Assembly (NCBI GenBank): GCA_043228905.1 | Contig: JBHGNT010000018.1 | Span: 15,562,001 to 15,626,000 of the forward strand | From: Azolla caroliniana | Lineage: Eukaryota; Plantae; Polypodiophyta | Reading direction: 5' to 3' | Length of the DNA: 64,000 nt | Notes under the pieces: model-generated | Told to the model about the DNA's origin: nothing | Database searches by the model: none | What the model saw: the letters and a program-made list of their open reading frames with translations, nothing else | Made by a program: the position numbers and the translations under genes | Shown here: positions 46,181 to 61,487 of the stretch, piece after piece | Position numbering within the stretch: the first letter of the stretch is position 1 | Layout of the letters: the number at the start of each line of letters is the position of its first letter

Positions 46181-49100
46181 ATGTATGGACGAGAAAGAGA
46201 ACAGAGCGTATCTGCTTCGATGGATTCTTCACCACTTTTAGAAGTTTCAAATGCTAGACCTTCTTCTTCTTCTTCTCCTTCTTCTTCAAGAAGAGGGAGG
46301 ATTTCCAGAATAATTAGATTGATGAGTGGAAGAAGAAGGAACAATGGTGGAGCTTTAAGAGAGCCATCTGTTCTTGTGAGAGAGACAGCAGCAGATCATC
46401 TTGAAGAAAGACAGAGTGATTGGGCTTATTCTAGACCAGTTGTTATATTGGACCTTCTATGGAACCTTGCTTTTATCATCGTCTCCATTGTTGTGCTTTT
46501 CTTGAGTAGGAAGGAAAGACCCACTAATCCTCTTAGGCTATGGATTGTGGTTTATGGTGCCCAGTGCTTCGTTCATATGATATGTGTTGGGGTTGAATAT
46601 CGACATCGCCGACCTCGAAGGAATAATATCTCGGAAGGATCTCAAAGACCCTCGGATCAAGGTGTTTCCTCTTATGTTGGAAATCCTCAAATAAGCCTGA
46701 ATGTGGATCAGACCTTTGATGAAACCGATGTTCATTCACAAATAAGGTTAGTGTTCCCTTTCTTTTAAGGCTGAAGTGATTTGAGTTTATTCATAATGTA
46801 GTAGCAGAATGAATGTTCATTAGGAACTTTTGTTCTTGGTTGAATTGCATGATTTGATTTATAATGTAGAAGTGGAATGGATGTTCAATGGAAATGTTGG
46901 TTCTGACTCTAGGTGATGTTCTTGATTCAATTTACAATCTAGAAAACTCATAAATTTGTAGAAGCAGAATATACATTAGAAACTCTGTTCCTTGTTTCAA
47001 GAGCTTGATTTAAATCATAATGTAGAAGTAGATTGCTCATGTCAAATTGTACTTTTAAGGGCATGATTTTAGTTTCTAACGTAGAAAACTCATAAATGTG
47101 AAGAAGTAGAATGTGAATCAGAAAGTTTGGTTCTGATTTCAACTTCACAATTCCAATGCATCACATAAAAGTTGATTATCATAATGTAAAAGCTGAATAC
47201 TCATTAGAAAGGTTGGTTTTTGTTTCAATGTTAGAGTGCTTGATTTAGTTAATAATGTAAAAGTAGAATTCTCACTAGAAAATATGATTTTTGTCTCGTC
47301 TTAATTTAATCGATAATGTGAAGAGACAGAGTGTGTTCTATATAGAACATTATGTACCAGAACTGCTAGAACATATTCAGGTGATTAGAATCCATTCCTC
47401 CTGAGGGAAAAAAAATCGCGCCCTTTCTCCTCCTTGTCACTAGAACAATCAACTACATTAAAGTGCGTTTTTTCTCCACTATAAGAGAAACATATGCATA
47501 CTATTTATTTTATTCGACAATCATAGTTTTGAAAGAAAATGGTGAAAAAGAGTGTAAAGACAAGACGTTGGTAGTTAAATTTTTTATTTTTCTTGCAGTA
47601 TGTTTGTAAAAGGTCTAATGTCTTTACCATGCTTGATATTATGGAGTGATAATGTTTGATGATTTCTCTACTTCTATAAATCATGTTTATGGCATCTTTT
47701 TTGCAGTTTGCATTCTTTGATATTTTAAGAGATGGCTAAACCGTTTAGTCCCTTCTTTCTAGTGGATGATTATAATATTAACGCTAAATTCTGTTTCTTT
47801 GTTTGAATATGGCATCAAAACATTCACTTTGGAGCTTCCTTTCTTCATGTTTTGCAAAGTGTAGTTGGTACAGCTTTGGAAAAATTTAAAGATTTTTCCT
47901 CAAGTAATTTCTTTCTTACAGTTGCAACAAAAAACTAGTCTTCTTAGGCTAAGTGTTCATTCAAGACATTACCCAAAGTTAGAGTCTTCATTCAAGACAT
48001 TCCCACGGATAATAGCTGTGCTATGTACTTTGCAAACTTGTATCTCTCTTTGTGCCTGATTTTGGCTTCATAGAGTGATCCGTTCCAAAATTACCCAGAA
48101 ATGGTTACTGCACATTAGCTTATTTTTTGTACTGACAGCAGCTTGGTGTAAGGCATTTCCAGCATTTTTCCAAGGCCAACCATTTACTATTTAGAGAAAA
48201 ACAATATTTGAATAACTATCAGGTTCTAGTGTACTTTTATTGCTTTTGTTATTATGGCTTCTAGGCATTGTTTAAAATATCTCGAATAATGATTGTATTA
48301 AAATTGATTGTAAATTTGTCATTATAAATTTTTCTATATTCTCTCTCACCCTAACTTGTACATAATTGTAGTGTAGCATCAAACAACGTTTTATCTCTTA
48401 CAGAAATGAGTAACGGTGTATCCAGAAATGTGAAATGATGTTTCTTACACATGTTGAACCGAGAAATTGGATAGCCTAATCGGTTATATTCAGTTGCTAT
48501 TCCTCTCTCTTTCAGGCTTGATCTCTCGCTCTCTATTATTGTATATATAGAGAGAGATTGGAATTGGCTGTTTCGATCTCATAGGCTATTTCAACCTCTT
48601 AAAGACATGTATATCTTTCTTCTTTTTCTTTCACTCTGACTCCACCTCCACAACCCACTACTCCCTCCTTCCATCTTTCCATCTTTCCATCCCTCCATCT
48701 CTTTTTTATTTTTAGAAAGCAGGGCTTATACTACTTGTACTTGTGTAAGTCTGCACACAAAATGCTCCTTCCTTGGGATTTTGGAATCCGTTTTGTTGCT
48801 TCATGTATAGCTCTTTGTCCAGGTCTCTATGAAGAAAGCTTTTTAAACGCTCATTTGAATCCAATCTGGTTGTCATGATGCCTCAACCTTAATAAAGTCC
48901 ATAGTGATTGAGTTTTTCTTTTCGCAATGTCAATGTATCTATGCAAGGAAAAGATATGGCCATATGCATTTCGCATTGATTTAAACCATCTTCTTTTCCC
49001 CTTGCCTATAAAGAACAAAAAGCATTCTGACGGTAACTCCTGATGATCAGCTCCCTCAATTTATGTACCCTTTGGCTACTAGTAAAGCCTTATACTTGTG

Positions 49101-52100
49101 TTGACCATCAGAAGTTTTTACCTTATGTAACCACTTATTGGGTATGGCCTTCCTGCCCTTAGGCAGCTTGACAAGATCCCAAATTTGTTTGTGTGGATTT
49201 CTCTAATCTCTTCTTGCACATCAAACTTCTCTTATTTGAAGACTCAGATATTCTAGAATCTTTGACTGTGAGAAGCTCCCCCTTGTCTGCAAGAAAAATC
49301 TGATGGAAGGATGGAGTATAACACTGATTTAGACGCTTGCTGCTGTTCAGCAGGCACATTAGCACCTTCAGGATTTGGTAAGGTACTTGGTTGTTTGTTG
49401 GCTTCAACCTGTTGTCTATCTTCCTGAGGTGTCATTTCTGGGTCAATGATTGGTATTATTGCTGAAAGTTAAACTTTTTCTTTGGTTTTGAGACATCCAT
49501 ATTTTTCGGCAGCTTTGCCTCATTAAACACAACATTTTGGCTCCTGACCTTTTTTGGACTGTGGTAACCTCACTGTTTCCTAGGAAGATACACTTGATGG
49601 AACTAGTATCCAGTTTACTCCTTAGCTTTTGCTAGATGTGAACAAATGATGCACAGCCAAAGATGGTGACTGGAGGTAGGTTTGCTAGACCAAACCTCCT
49701 CTGGTATGCCACCATTTAGTGAATGGCGACTGATTAAAAACACTTACTGCAATTTGTACAGCCTCTCCCCAAAACTCATGAGAGAGATTAGCCATGGACA
49801 ATATACATAGAGCTGTGCACATTAAGTTCTGGATACCATTGAGCCACACCATTTGAGGCTGGTTTATAGAGAATTATAAGCTCCCTTTTAATCCCATATT
49901 CAGTACAATAATCTGTGAACTATGTCCCAGTGCACTCACCTCTATTATCTGTTTGCAAGCACCTTAGACTTGAATCAGTCTAAGCAGCGGTAAATGTATG
50001 AAACCTTTTGAAGACAACAAGTACATCGTCCTTTTCCTTTAGCAAATATATCCAGCACTTTCTATAATAATCATCTATAAATGTGATAAAGTTTAGAGAT
50101 TCACCTAAAGGCATGGAACATGTGCCTGAATTTATAAGCTCGTGTGGTGTGAGTGAAAGAGTATTGTACTGTGAGTAGTGCATCTGGTTGTGTGATATTG
50201 TAATATCAGCAACATCTGTTGCATATAAGATGTGCTCTATGTCAGACATTTCTCTGATGATGACTTCAGAGGCCACATTGACCTTCTCCTTCTCCTTATA
50301 TTGGGATTCACTCTTCTTCTCAAACTTATCTCTTTTATTCTTCTTCCGTCTTTCCAGCTATTGCTTGTAGAATCTGCAGTCAGGTTTCATATACCCTTGC
50401 CAATTGAACTGGAAATAATTGAAATATTTCCTCTTGCTTTTGTTTTTGGGCCATTTTGTGAGGGATTTTTGGAATAGTTTTCCCTCTTATTGTATTGGCA
50501 GAGACAGAAGACTTCCCACTAGTTTTCTTTAGGGCTTTTTCATTGAGGATTGCTCCTCACTTGCCATCAAATGTGGGATTTGTATTGCTGGATAGTGATA
50601 CCATCTATGCATACCGTGAGTCTGGCAATATCATGGGTAAGAATATAGCCTTCATTTTGTTGTCTCATCAAGTGTATGTTCCGCTGCAGATCTAACCTCA
50701 TCAAGTCATGATGCATAAGCTCTCTCATATCAGTGGTCAACTCATACATGGCCTCGAGTTTGTCCAGACTTCATTGGGTATAGTCAGCCCCTTGATATCT
50801 TAGTACCTTATCTGAGATCCCCAGTGTAGATGTTCGTAATGGCATTGTGGTTGAAATCTTTCATGCAGCCCTGTTCACAACATTTGGGGCATCTGTTTCT
50901 AGCACCTGTGCACACCCGTGGAGATAGAATGTGCCCTCCATTCTCTGTAACCTTGTGTAAATCAAATCCAGTCCTATCAAATCTCTTGAACTCAATGACA
51001 GTATTCGGAGATGTACCTGCCAATGAATGAAGTCTAGGGAATAGAGCTCCCACTTGCTGAAAGGGGGAAATCAGGCTGTGAAATCTTTGAAAGCACAAGC
51101 AGGCTTGTGGAAGCAAAATACAACATCAAAGGCTTTCAAAAGAAAGTGCCAGGTACACGGGTGTCTATTCCTAACCTGTAGCCAAGCTTTGATATAGTTC
51201 TAGAATGCCGCATTTATTGCAGAATAGGTGGCATCTAGAGCATTTACCCTGAGAGTAAGGAAAATATTGTATTTCTCAAAATGTTCAATTAAACATGCAT
51301 TCCATTCGGGTGTTCAAAAGTCAGCAATATCATTATAGTCTTTAGATTTGGTATCCGCCTATGCATGGATTATGGAAAACTGCCAGAGAGTAAGATAATC
51401 TCTTTGAACATGCTTTAAATATGCGACATGATGCTTTTTTGTATGAAATCAATGCAAGATGAAGTTTTAATATATTCTATTGATTGATTTGACAGTATTA
51501 CTAAACGGATAGAATCTGCAAATACTTCCTTCTCATTTGTTTGGTGGGTCATTGGATTCTATTGGACCACTACAGGACCCCAATCTCATGATGCACCGTT
51601 TTTGTTCTGGTATGTATGCCATTGGATGGTTTATGCTTGCCGAGTTTTGATTTAATTGCGGATATTTGAGATACTTGTATAACATGGTACAAATACTTAT
51701 GCTTTTCTTATAACGTTTTTTTTTCTATGATTGGGGTTTTGACAGGCTTTGTGTAGCATTTTTGGCGTTTGATGTCTTTTTTGTTGTATTTTGTGTTACT
51801 CTGGCATGCATTATTGGCATTGCCGTGTGTTGCTGTTTACCCTGCATTATTGCCATCATGTATGCTGTTGCAGAGCAGGTAAAATATAGGAAAAGCCTAA
51901 CATTTCATAATAATCTTGAGTCTGCATGCTTAGTTTTGAGAATGCTAGGAACAGGATATTAGGGTATTGCTGGAACTAAGGTATCAAGAGCACATTAATC
52001 TATGGATATCAGTATATTTATATCTAAAAGGCATTCTGTGAGATTGATGGTCTCCAGGCAGTCAAAAGTAACAGATTGTTGATGGGTCATGTAGATGGAT

Positions 52101-53153
52101 CATTGTGTTTATTTACATATAATGATAGGAAAGCAATCTATTTTACTCTTAGCTGATCATGATTATGTGTACAGGAGGGTGCTTCTGATGAAGACATAGA
52201 CTTGTTGCCAAAGTACAAGTTTCGAAGGATTGGGAACTATGTGACCACTGGAGATCTGTCAAACCCATCTGGTGGAGTAATGAGTATACTTGCTTCCACA
52301 CCTGGAGCAGGTGGAGAGCGTGTTCTGCTTGCAGAAGATGCGGTAATTCTGATCTGAAACTAAACATTTAATATGCTATTAATTGGTTTTATTGATCATC
52401 TTGTGGTATGCGTTCTCTCTAACATTTTATCATGGGTTTAAAAGACAACATTGATCTCTTTACACCCCTTTTACTATGGAAGATATTCTTATTGTGTTCT
52501 CGGAGATGAACAAAGAGACTTGCTAGAGTTGTTTTTAGTTGACTAAATCTAGTAAAGCTCCTTCTAACCTTGGGTCAAATTCATCTAACCTCTGGGTTAA
52601 TTGTAGCTCATTGAGCCAAGTTAAATATTTCCCTGTTGAACCACAACGTAGCACATCTCATTGTAGTAATCTTCCTAAGTTGTAATTATCTCTTTGTGCT
52701 AGTTCTGGCCTTTTCTAAACTATGAATCATATTGGCTTTTAATGACACATTTAAGTCATGATGCAAAATGCAAGGTTATGCTATTCTATAATAAAAGCAA
52801 ATTATGGATCAATTTAAGTCCAAAAATGTGTTTTCTGATCTGAATTAAATAAACTTTTCTGATTTATCTCACAAATTTGCAACTATAAATTTGTCTAGAT
52901 TTGTTTAGCTTACTTATCATGGTGGAAGACCAAATCATTTTTCGTAGAATTGACTTTTTCCTATGCGTTTTTTTTGTAGGAATGTTGTATATGCATTTCT
53001 TCGTATGACGATGGTGTGGAGTTGCGGGAACTTCCATGTGGACACCATTTTCATTGTGCTTGTATTGATCGTTGGTTGCGGATGAATTCCACATGTCCTC
53101 TTTGCAAGTTAAACATCTCGAAAACCAACTCTACAGGTAGTGAAGATGTATAA
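46181..53153 (+). CDS. Transmembrane RING-H2 E3 ubiquitin ligase (At4g11680/At1g12760-like), 384 aa; exons 46181-46746, 51496-51609, 51746-51878, 52175-52342, 52980-53153
   Basis: [88 protein letters not shown], and [42 protein letters not shown]. All introns are GT-AG and the frame is kept. Confidence 0.95.
48950..51100 (-). mobile_element. Highly decayed Ty1/copia remnant in intron 1 of the RING gene
   Basis: [31 protein letters not shown] (integrase) and [13 protein letters not shown] (gag start). Edges approximate. Confidence 0.75.
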
Positions 53154-54396
53154 AGAAAAAAATGTTCTTGTCTGAACCTGAATGTAAAAAAGCATTTGTG
53201 GCTTATATAGAAGGGCTTCAAGTTAAAAATTGAACACTCAGAAATATGTGCTCACAGCAATATTAGCTACTATTACCGCCCTTGTCTTCTTGCAATACTT
53301 TTGATATTGAAGCTTTAGTTTGGTTGCGATAGACAGATTTTATAATTGATATCCTCTGTCTTAAGCTACTTACTCTCTTGTAGAAACAATCACCTTGCAA
53401 TCTCCATATCTTTTATTTCGTAAAAAGTTTTGCTATTTCATGTACCAGTTTCTTCTGCCAACTGTATGCTAATTTCTTTGGTTTGGGTATCTCTTTGTGG
53501 TGTTGGATCATAATCTTGTGGAGAATTACATGGTTTTCCTTCGTTATCGAGATCCTGTCTATTTAGTGACTAGGATAGTATTATCTAGAGCTAGATAGGG
53601 GTTCATACCTATATCTTCTTTTGTTGAATAGTAAACATGAACATTTATGTCCAGAAATTATTGATATATTTTTTCATACTTTTGTTGCAAAATATTTCAT
53701 GTCATGTTTAGCAAATTGTTTATGGTTCATAGTTTTGTTATATGTAAGTTAGCAACTTTTTAAGTGCTATGTCATCGATTGACGATATGATCTCAATGAT
53801 ACTATTATGTGGTTGGACAAAAGCAAAGGCTTATCTTGCATTAATGCAAGGTTGATTCATGCTCTAAGATGTCGGGCTTCCTAAATTTTGCTCATGATTG
53901 AATATTATAGTAGGATGGAGATGTACATCGTTCCTAAGAAGTTTAGGTCAAATGGTGTCGAGACTGTTATGGATAAAAAAAGACAGGTATGTCATGACCT
54001 TGTTCAAATGTAAAGCATGCAGGAGTACTATATATGCCATTTATTCAAATAGAATGACAAGTACTTCGGTTTGAATGTGAATTTCTAAGAACATGTTTTG
54101 AACCATCTAACTTGTATGAAAAACAATAGTAAAGGTATATGGATCACCTATATCTTATGAAAATGCCATAACGCAAGTGAGCGAATTGAGCTGGATCGGA
54201 TTTCTTGATGTGAGGAGAGAGCTTGTTTATAAATGGGCAATATCTTAGTTCCATGATTTATACACCATACTAGAAATGCAACACTTACTTTCTTCCCTAA
54301 ATCTAATTTATACTAATCCCTATGCTAGAATGTCATGCCAACATATGGATCTAAGAATCTCATTTGACAAGCCTTAAATACATGTCTAACATGCAA

Positions 54397-54684
54397 AAAG
54401 ATCTAGAAAGGCCACAATAAAATAATAAAGTTCAAATGTAGGAAATGGATGACCATGAGAAATTTTCCAGCTTCAATGTGGGCCTCACATACAAACATAG
54501 CCTTGGGAACATTGGAACACAACAAATATTGATTTGGCTCAAAGATCTAGAAAGGCCACAATAAAATAATAAAGCTCAAATGTAGGAAATGGATGACCAT
54601 GAGAAATTTTCCAGCTTCAATGTGGGCCTCACATACAAACATAGCCTTGGGAACATCAGAACACAACAAATATTGATTTGGCTC
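54397..54684. repeat. Tandem duplication, 2 x 144 bp
   Basis: 54397-54540 versus 54541-54684, with 3 substitutions seen. Confidence 0.93.
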
Positions 54685-57600
54685 ATGAATTCCACTACAT
54701 TAACATTTTGCACTCCATGTGTAGCCACATAGCCCAACAAGACTTGAATCTTTGTTGCTAGTCTAGATGACGTTTGATACTTACATTGTCACATGATCAA
54801 ACTCCTTTTCTAACTCATCAAGGTATTGTGTGCAAACTTTGTGCTAGCCTTAGGGTGAGGAGGTCGATGTCTGGAGACATTTGACTCCAACTTCTATTTT
54901 GCTTGAGCATGTCGAAGAAAGTGGTGATCAAAATGAACTTTGGATAGTGCAATAAATGAAATGAATAGGGTAGTGGAGGAGCTCCTGCATAATGTATGCA
55001 CGCATCCACATGGCCCTTGTGTGAACTAACCCTAAGATGGATCCTATAAACTAGTTTAACCAAATTTCTTTGCTACACCAAAGGTTGAACTTTGACTAAT
55101 CAATATATAACATGTAGTGGAGAAACTTTGACTTTAGTGTTGCCTGGCATCTTGGTAGCCTCATGGAAATTATTCTCATATATTTGTTTCTTAACATTTC
55201 TTGTTGATGAATGGATAAGATGTAGAGTTATTGCCTGCGTGGGAGCATCGGTTGTGTGTAGATTTGTGACAACTTGAACATTGAGAGGCACAATTTGGAT
55301 CAATAATCATACCACCATGTTTATCTTCCCTAAAAAAATTGGCTCACTTCATTGCAATACTAGCAATGGATATGGTACATCTCTAATATCAATAGCTTCA
55401 CACACACCTCGGTTTATACATAAACAAGACATTATGCGTTAAAACACATTGGCGATTGATAAACAATACATCACTTGCGCAACACAATCTATAATACCCC
55501 CCTTATAAATCAGGAATGCATTGAGATGGAGGAATACTACAATGGGTAGGTACATTTCTTTTTTCACAGTTAAACCATCATAAGGAAAATTTGACGTTAC
55601 TTTTAATAATAGTACAACTCAATTGTTTTCATGCATATGTTTGCTCAATTATTTAAACCGTTAAGTATGCACAACTATATAAAATGCACTTTTATAATAT
55701 TGTCCCAAAATTGGCTTCTCAGCACCAATATTATAACTCTTCGGACATCTCCCGTCAATTCATTGATGGAAATTTGGTTTCAAGGCTATCCACAAATGTT
55801 TCAAATGTTTTATGTAAGAAGATTACACTATTGTGTTTATGGGGTTGACATATTGTTATAACTTATAATAGAATATTAGGGCTTGATGAAACTAGAATGA
55901 TCAACGTTATAATGTCCTAGTGGATTTTAGTACATTCTTAAAGAAAAGTGGTCCCATGAAAGTACTTGTAAGTTCCCTAATAGAACCCTATGCATTATCC
56001 TTCACATGTTAGATAGGGGTCAATGAATGTCCATCAATTATTCAACATGGTTTAGTATACATTTTAATGTGTCGATTTGCCACACCATTCTATGCCAAGC
56101 TATTGCAATGTTTTGTTATTTTCATTACAGTGCACATAAAACTAAAATATATTCTTATGCGTACTTGAATTTGATCATCCAAATGGATGGAATACAAACC
56201 TTGAAAATAAAAAGAAATTAATCCTTTCTTCGACCTTCCTTATTATTGCATGTTTTCTGTGATGACATTGACTCGCATCCACGTTATGCTTCGCCTAAGA
56301 AAAATTTGTTAAATTGTGATGGATCATACACATTGGTCATTCAAATGTGGGGAAATTCGATCTAATATTGCTTGAGTGCAAACTCAATTAGATGGTTACA
56401 AGACTTGTTTGCAGTCCTTCCCCCATATTTGGTCAATGCCAACTTGTTTGCCAGTGGGCCTACTAAGGTCACCACTTGTACTTGATAACCACCACCACAA
56501 GACATTTGTTAGTGCATACAATCATGATATTTGGGTGGACCAAGGTTGAACCATCTTATTGTCATATGCAACAAAATATAAGGAAAGAGTATGTTTTATG
56601 AATCTCACACAAGAACTAAATAATAAAACATAAAAGACCCAAGAGAGCCATTATTGCGTGTTCTCATTACCAAGTTTATAAGAAATTGTTTACATCAATG
56701 GGTGTGAGATCGAGTCATGGGCTAATTGCAAGTTGCAACATGAGATTTACCATTATGATCTAAGAAACCTATTAATAATAAATTTTTGGGATGCTTTACG
56801 ACATAATGTCCCAAATGAATTGTTGATACTAAAATTCTTTCTTTGTCAACAATTCACCAATGACATTGAGAATATCCATATGCTCAATTTTTCATTAAGT
56901 TGGTTTCGCCTCAACTAAAATTCTTTATTCGACAATGCTTCACTAGTAGATGCCGAGAATATACATTAGCTCAACTTTTTCTTAAAGTTCTTTTTGTCTC
57001 AAAGCATGTGCCCACTATGGGGACCTTGCAATGCGTTTTGTTGGGGAGTTGCTAGTACTTTGGCACTCGCCTTTTGGATGTTAAGGTAATGTTTTGTTCC
57101 AAAGATTACCTTTTCTTTTAATGCGAATTTATGGTGTATCTATACCTTTATCTATATCGTGTACATAAACAAGCAAGAAATTATATGCTAAATCATCATG
57201 TTAATGCATTGACTTCATAGTGTGGTACATTATATACAAGAGTGAAAGCATGCACATAAACAAAATTTAGGCGTCCTCACAAGCTATTTCTTATCGATCA
57301 AAGAGTGGCTTATGTTATTGAAATTCAAAAATTCAAAAATATAAACATGTGGCATGTATAACATAACGCCAATACTATGGGTTGGCAAATATTGACTAAT
57401 GGGTTTGAATGTTGTATGTATACATTGCATAACATTCCTCTTTTAAATGCAAAGATGATCAATAATATCTACACACAATATAGACATATGATCACATGTG
57501 TTTGTGCACGTTATTAGCATGCGCGCACGCACACACACACACACTACAATGTGAGACAAGGCGATGGGGCACAAGTGATGAGAGTGGTTGACTATGCACA

Positions 57601-57863
57601 CTTTGCACAAAACAAGTATGAGAGTTTATCACACCTTTATACAATGCTCAGCCTTTGATCACATTCAACTATGATTTCCACACATCTTCGTCCAAACCCA
57701 ATCCTTCCATGAATTTCTCTCATAGTCACAATGTGCACTCTCAATTGCAAATTTTTTTGGTAAAAGTCTTGAACATCGAGAATCGTTATTCACTTTCACA
57801 TGTATTACGAGAAATGTAATATTTATGGTTCATTGGGTATACTTGACCTCCGAAGGCAATAAT

Positions 57864-57894
<31 letters not shown>

Positions 57895-57949
57895 TTGGTA
57901 AAAGCACACAATTATATTAATTGTATGTAAAATCCACTTCGTTACAACG

Positions 57950-59700
57950 CTTCTTAGTCTCCTCTACCTATCATATGCCAATGCATGGAGAGGGACGTCT
58001 TGTAATGCCATTAAAAAAACTTGAATATGCATTTGAGGAAATGACCCCCACATGCTCTAACATTCAAAAATTCCACACGAGAATACTTGTCAACTGCTTT
58101 ATATAGGCTTTCACCCCATGTCTATTATCAAACATGAAAGCATTACATATATTCCAATTGTGTTGTAGTCCCCAATAACGTAAAAATTGGAACAATATCT
58201 CCATCTCATCATGTGAACCATTTTGAACATATTGAGAAAAAATCCATTATTGAGGTCTCAAACAACAACGGTTTAAAACTTGCCAAATGTCTGATAAGTA
58301 CTTCCAAATGGTACACACTATAGGACATTTCATGAACCTATGTGTACTATCCTCCAATGCAACAATGCAATCACGCCCTAGTCCTCGTCTCTTTGAGGCC
58401 GAACCTAATGGGATCCCACCACTCATGACTCTCCATATGAATACCTTTGCATGAAATGGTAGATGGGAATGCCAACCACATTGTAATATTTTCCACCACC
58501 TTGCATCCGACTTACATACATTCCACAACTTCTCTACTTTAGGAGATAGCCAAGATAATGATGCCATTGCATGATGATACAATATATTTGTAGTGACTTG
58601 TAACAAGCGTGTACCATCTTGTAACCGCCAATCCACCGAAGTTGCAACATTTGTTTTCAATGGCAAAGATCCTTGCAACAATGGTATATCTTGTAATTTC
58701 TCCCAAATAAATCCATAATTTGGGGGAATACATAACCATCACTTGACATCTTCAAATTCCGACAACCTTTGAGATTCATTATCAACCACATATTCCAAAT
58801 TTACATTTCCCAATTGAAATAAATGATTGAATTGAGATCTCAACTTCTCTTTCCCATGCCAAAACAATAGTTGAGAAGAAATGAGCAATTCATTTTTTGC
58901 ACCACCTAACCTTTTAGGAGTAGTCAAATGGTCCCATGAAATCCATGAAATCCATGTAACTCCTATCCTTTCTCTTGTCTGCCACAACATGAAACGAATA
59001 GGTTGTAACATGTTTTGTAATGCCTTCTTAGTCCAAGGTAGTCATGGTAAAAAATATAATAACATGGGTATCAAGATACATTGCACCACTTTGAGTTGTA
59101 CATAAAAGGGCCATATATTGAGACTTCCAATACATAAATTTGTCCTTCAATTTACTACCAATCCAATCAATCAATTGACAATTTGCAACATCAACACCCA
59201 ATGAATAACCCAAATGTCGATAAATGGATCCTCGTGTAACCACTGACCCTTGTCATCCCAAACATTCCAAATCACTCTCCGTACAATAAATAAGGCGAAA
59301 TTTCCTCCAATTTATATACAACCCTGAAGCCAAAGCAAATTGATCCCAAACTTGCATACCCCTCTTAAGATTTTCTTTTGAGGCTTGTCAAAACATAAAA
59401 GACAATGCTTGTACCACCAATTTTCCACCAGAAGGAGAGATCCAAACCCACAATATCACCACTGGCTGCAAGATTTGACAACATTACTACCCAAAACTTC
59501 CTTGTGGGATGGGTCGCTTGCCACACCCACTACAGAATGAATAAATTGACAATAACAAAGGATGTGTAACAATAGCAAATAACAATGGGCTTAGGGGACA
59601 TCCTTGCCGCACGGATCTAGTAAGAAAAACATTCGAAGTAACTCCGCCATTAAGCATCCCACGCAAGGTTGCATTTTGCCCTAGCAAAAAGATAAGGTGA
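57950..59700 (-). mobile_element. Decayed 5'-truncated L1-type LINE (RT to zf-RVT)
   Basis: LTRSVRQGCPLSPLLFAIVTHPL, IYRHLGYSLG, ISWDHLTTPKRLGG and AKVFIWRVMSGGIP...EDSTHRFMKCP. Confidence 0.88.
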
Positions 59701-61137
59701 CACATACGAGGACCATTCCCATTGTTTATTATTAGATAGAAACACACAAACAAACACACGGACCCACACATGTTCGAGTATTTGCACACTTGTTGTGTTG
59801 ATGTGTTATCATGCCATTTGTTAAACGATATGAACGTTGCCACGATTTATTACAAACACAATATATCATACGTACGCGACATGCCATCATATTTATAAAG
59901 CACATTATGGAAGCATTACCTTTACAGAACATATAAAGGATCTAGACGTCCCTACAAATCTATTGAATAAATCATTGCTTATAGTCTCGAAATCTTACCT
60001 TTTTATAATATGTCAATTTACCATTCTTGTCATGCTAGAGGCTAACATTTAGTTTCCACGGTGCACCTATTGGAAATGATGGGCATGCCTTTTATTGCAC
60101 TCCACAACCCAAGGGTTGGTTGAAAACCATAACACTGCATATATCACTTTCCACAACCTAAGGATGGAAAAAATGTCATCCAAGTTTAAAAAAAGGAAAG
60201 CAAATAGTGAATTGTTGAGCTACAAATTAAAAACAAAATGTCTCATTAGTTACAACAATCTTAAAGATAAGAAAGGCATTGCAACTTTTATTGGTTTAAA
60301 ATGAAGTGGTGTCTTGTGAGTTATAATGGTTCTTTTGCTAACTTGCTTTCGATATTTTCCATAAACACGATTCTTTTATACATGTGCTTATGCTCCTTTT
60401 GCTAATATGTTATTGAAGTACTATGAGATCATTCATGCTAAATATTCACTTCTAAAAAGGTGGCTTTATAAGTTCACTTTTCACAACGTAAGGGTTGAAC
60501 CAATATCACAACCTACATCTAGAAGTGATAACATGGTGTACAAAAAAAGCCACCCTAATAAAATATATGACACGACACGCTCTTGTTTGAAATGAAGTGG
60601 CATCTCATGAATTATAATGACGTTAGAGTCTTTTAGAATGGATTTGTGGGTAATGCCAAGAGCTGTTTTTCGCAAATAGGAAGGATTTTTCATCGATGTT
60701 ATGATGTTTCCTGCATCAACAAAAACTTAAGAACCAAAAGCATTACACCAAATGCCACATGTTTCTCAAAGCAATGGTTGGCATGATATGATATGATTGA
60801 GCTAACAAGTGAGTCCATTCTAGACCAAATTGTGTGTGCGCATGTATGTTGAGTGTCATGGGGCTAACAAATGTATAATGTATATCCTATGATAATACAT
60901 CTTATCCTTTCCAAAATTTATATACGTCAAACGAAAGTGTGCGAGTATGTTGATTCTCACGGGGTTAACATTTGGACCATGTATTGCCTACAGTAGAAAA
61001 ATAAACATTCTTTCACATTTAACATGCGCACATATGGATCATATATCGATATTCATACAGAGACATGGCTAATAACTTCAAAACACACTCAAGTTTCTCC
61101 ACAAAACGTCGTCCTCCCTCTAAAGGGAGAAAAACAG

Positions 61138-61305
61138 ATGTGTATAGCATTTTGTCCTCGAGTGTACACGTATATAGTATATGTATAAAACAAATGTATA
61201 CAGATTTTCGTCCTCGAGTGTACACGTATATAGTCTAGATATAAAATAGATGTATATCGATTTTCGTCCTCGAGTGTACATATATATAGTATACAAAATC
61301 CATGT
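61138..61305. repeat. Tandem repeat, three copies of a 56-bp unit
   Basis: gtcctcgagtgtaca at 61154, 61210 and 61266. Confidence 0.88.
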
Positions 61306-61487
61306 TATGTATACATCGATTGTTGCGAGAGGGAGGGAAAGCTTTGAGATCCTATCAATGCGAGCTTGGTGCTGGGTCAATGGACGTACCTGGGTCAATG
61401 GACGGGCAAGAAAAGGAGCCGGATAGGAGGTGGATGGTGTGGAACGAAGGGGCAATTCGGGGAATAAGGAAAAGATTGGGAGGGGAG

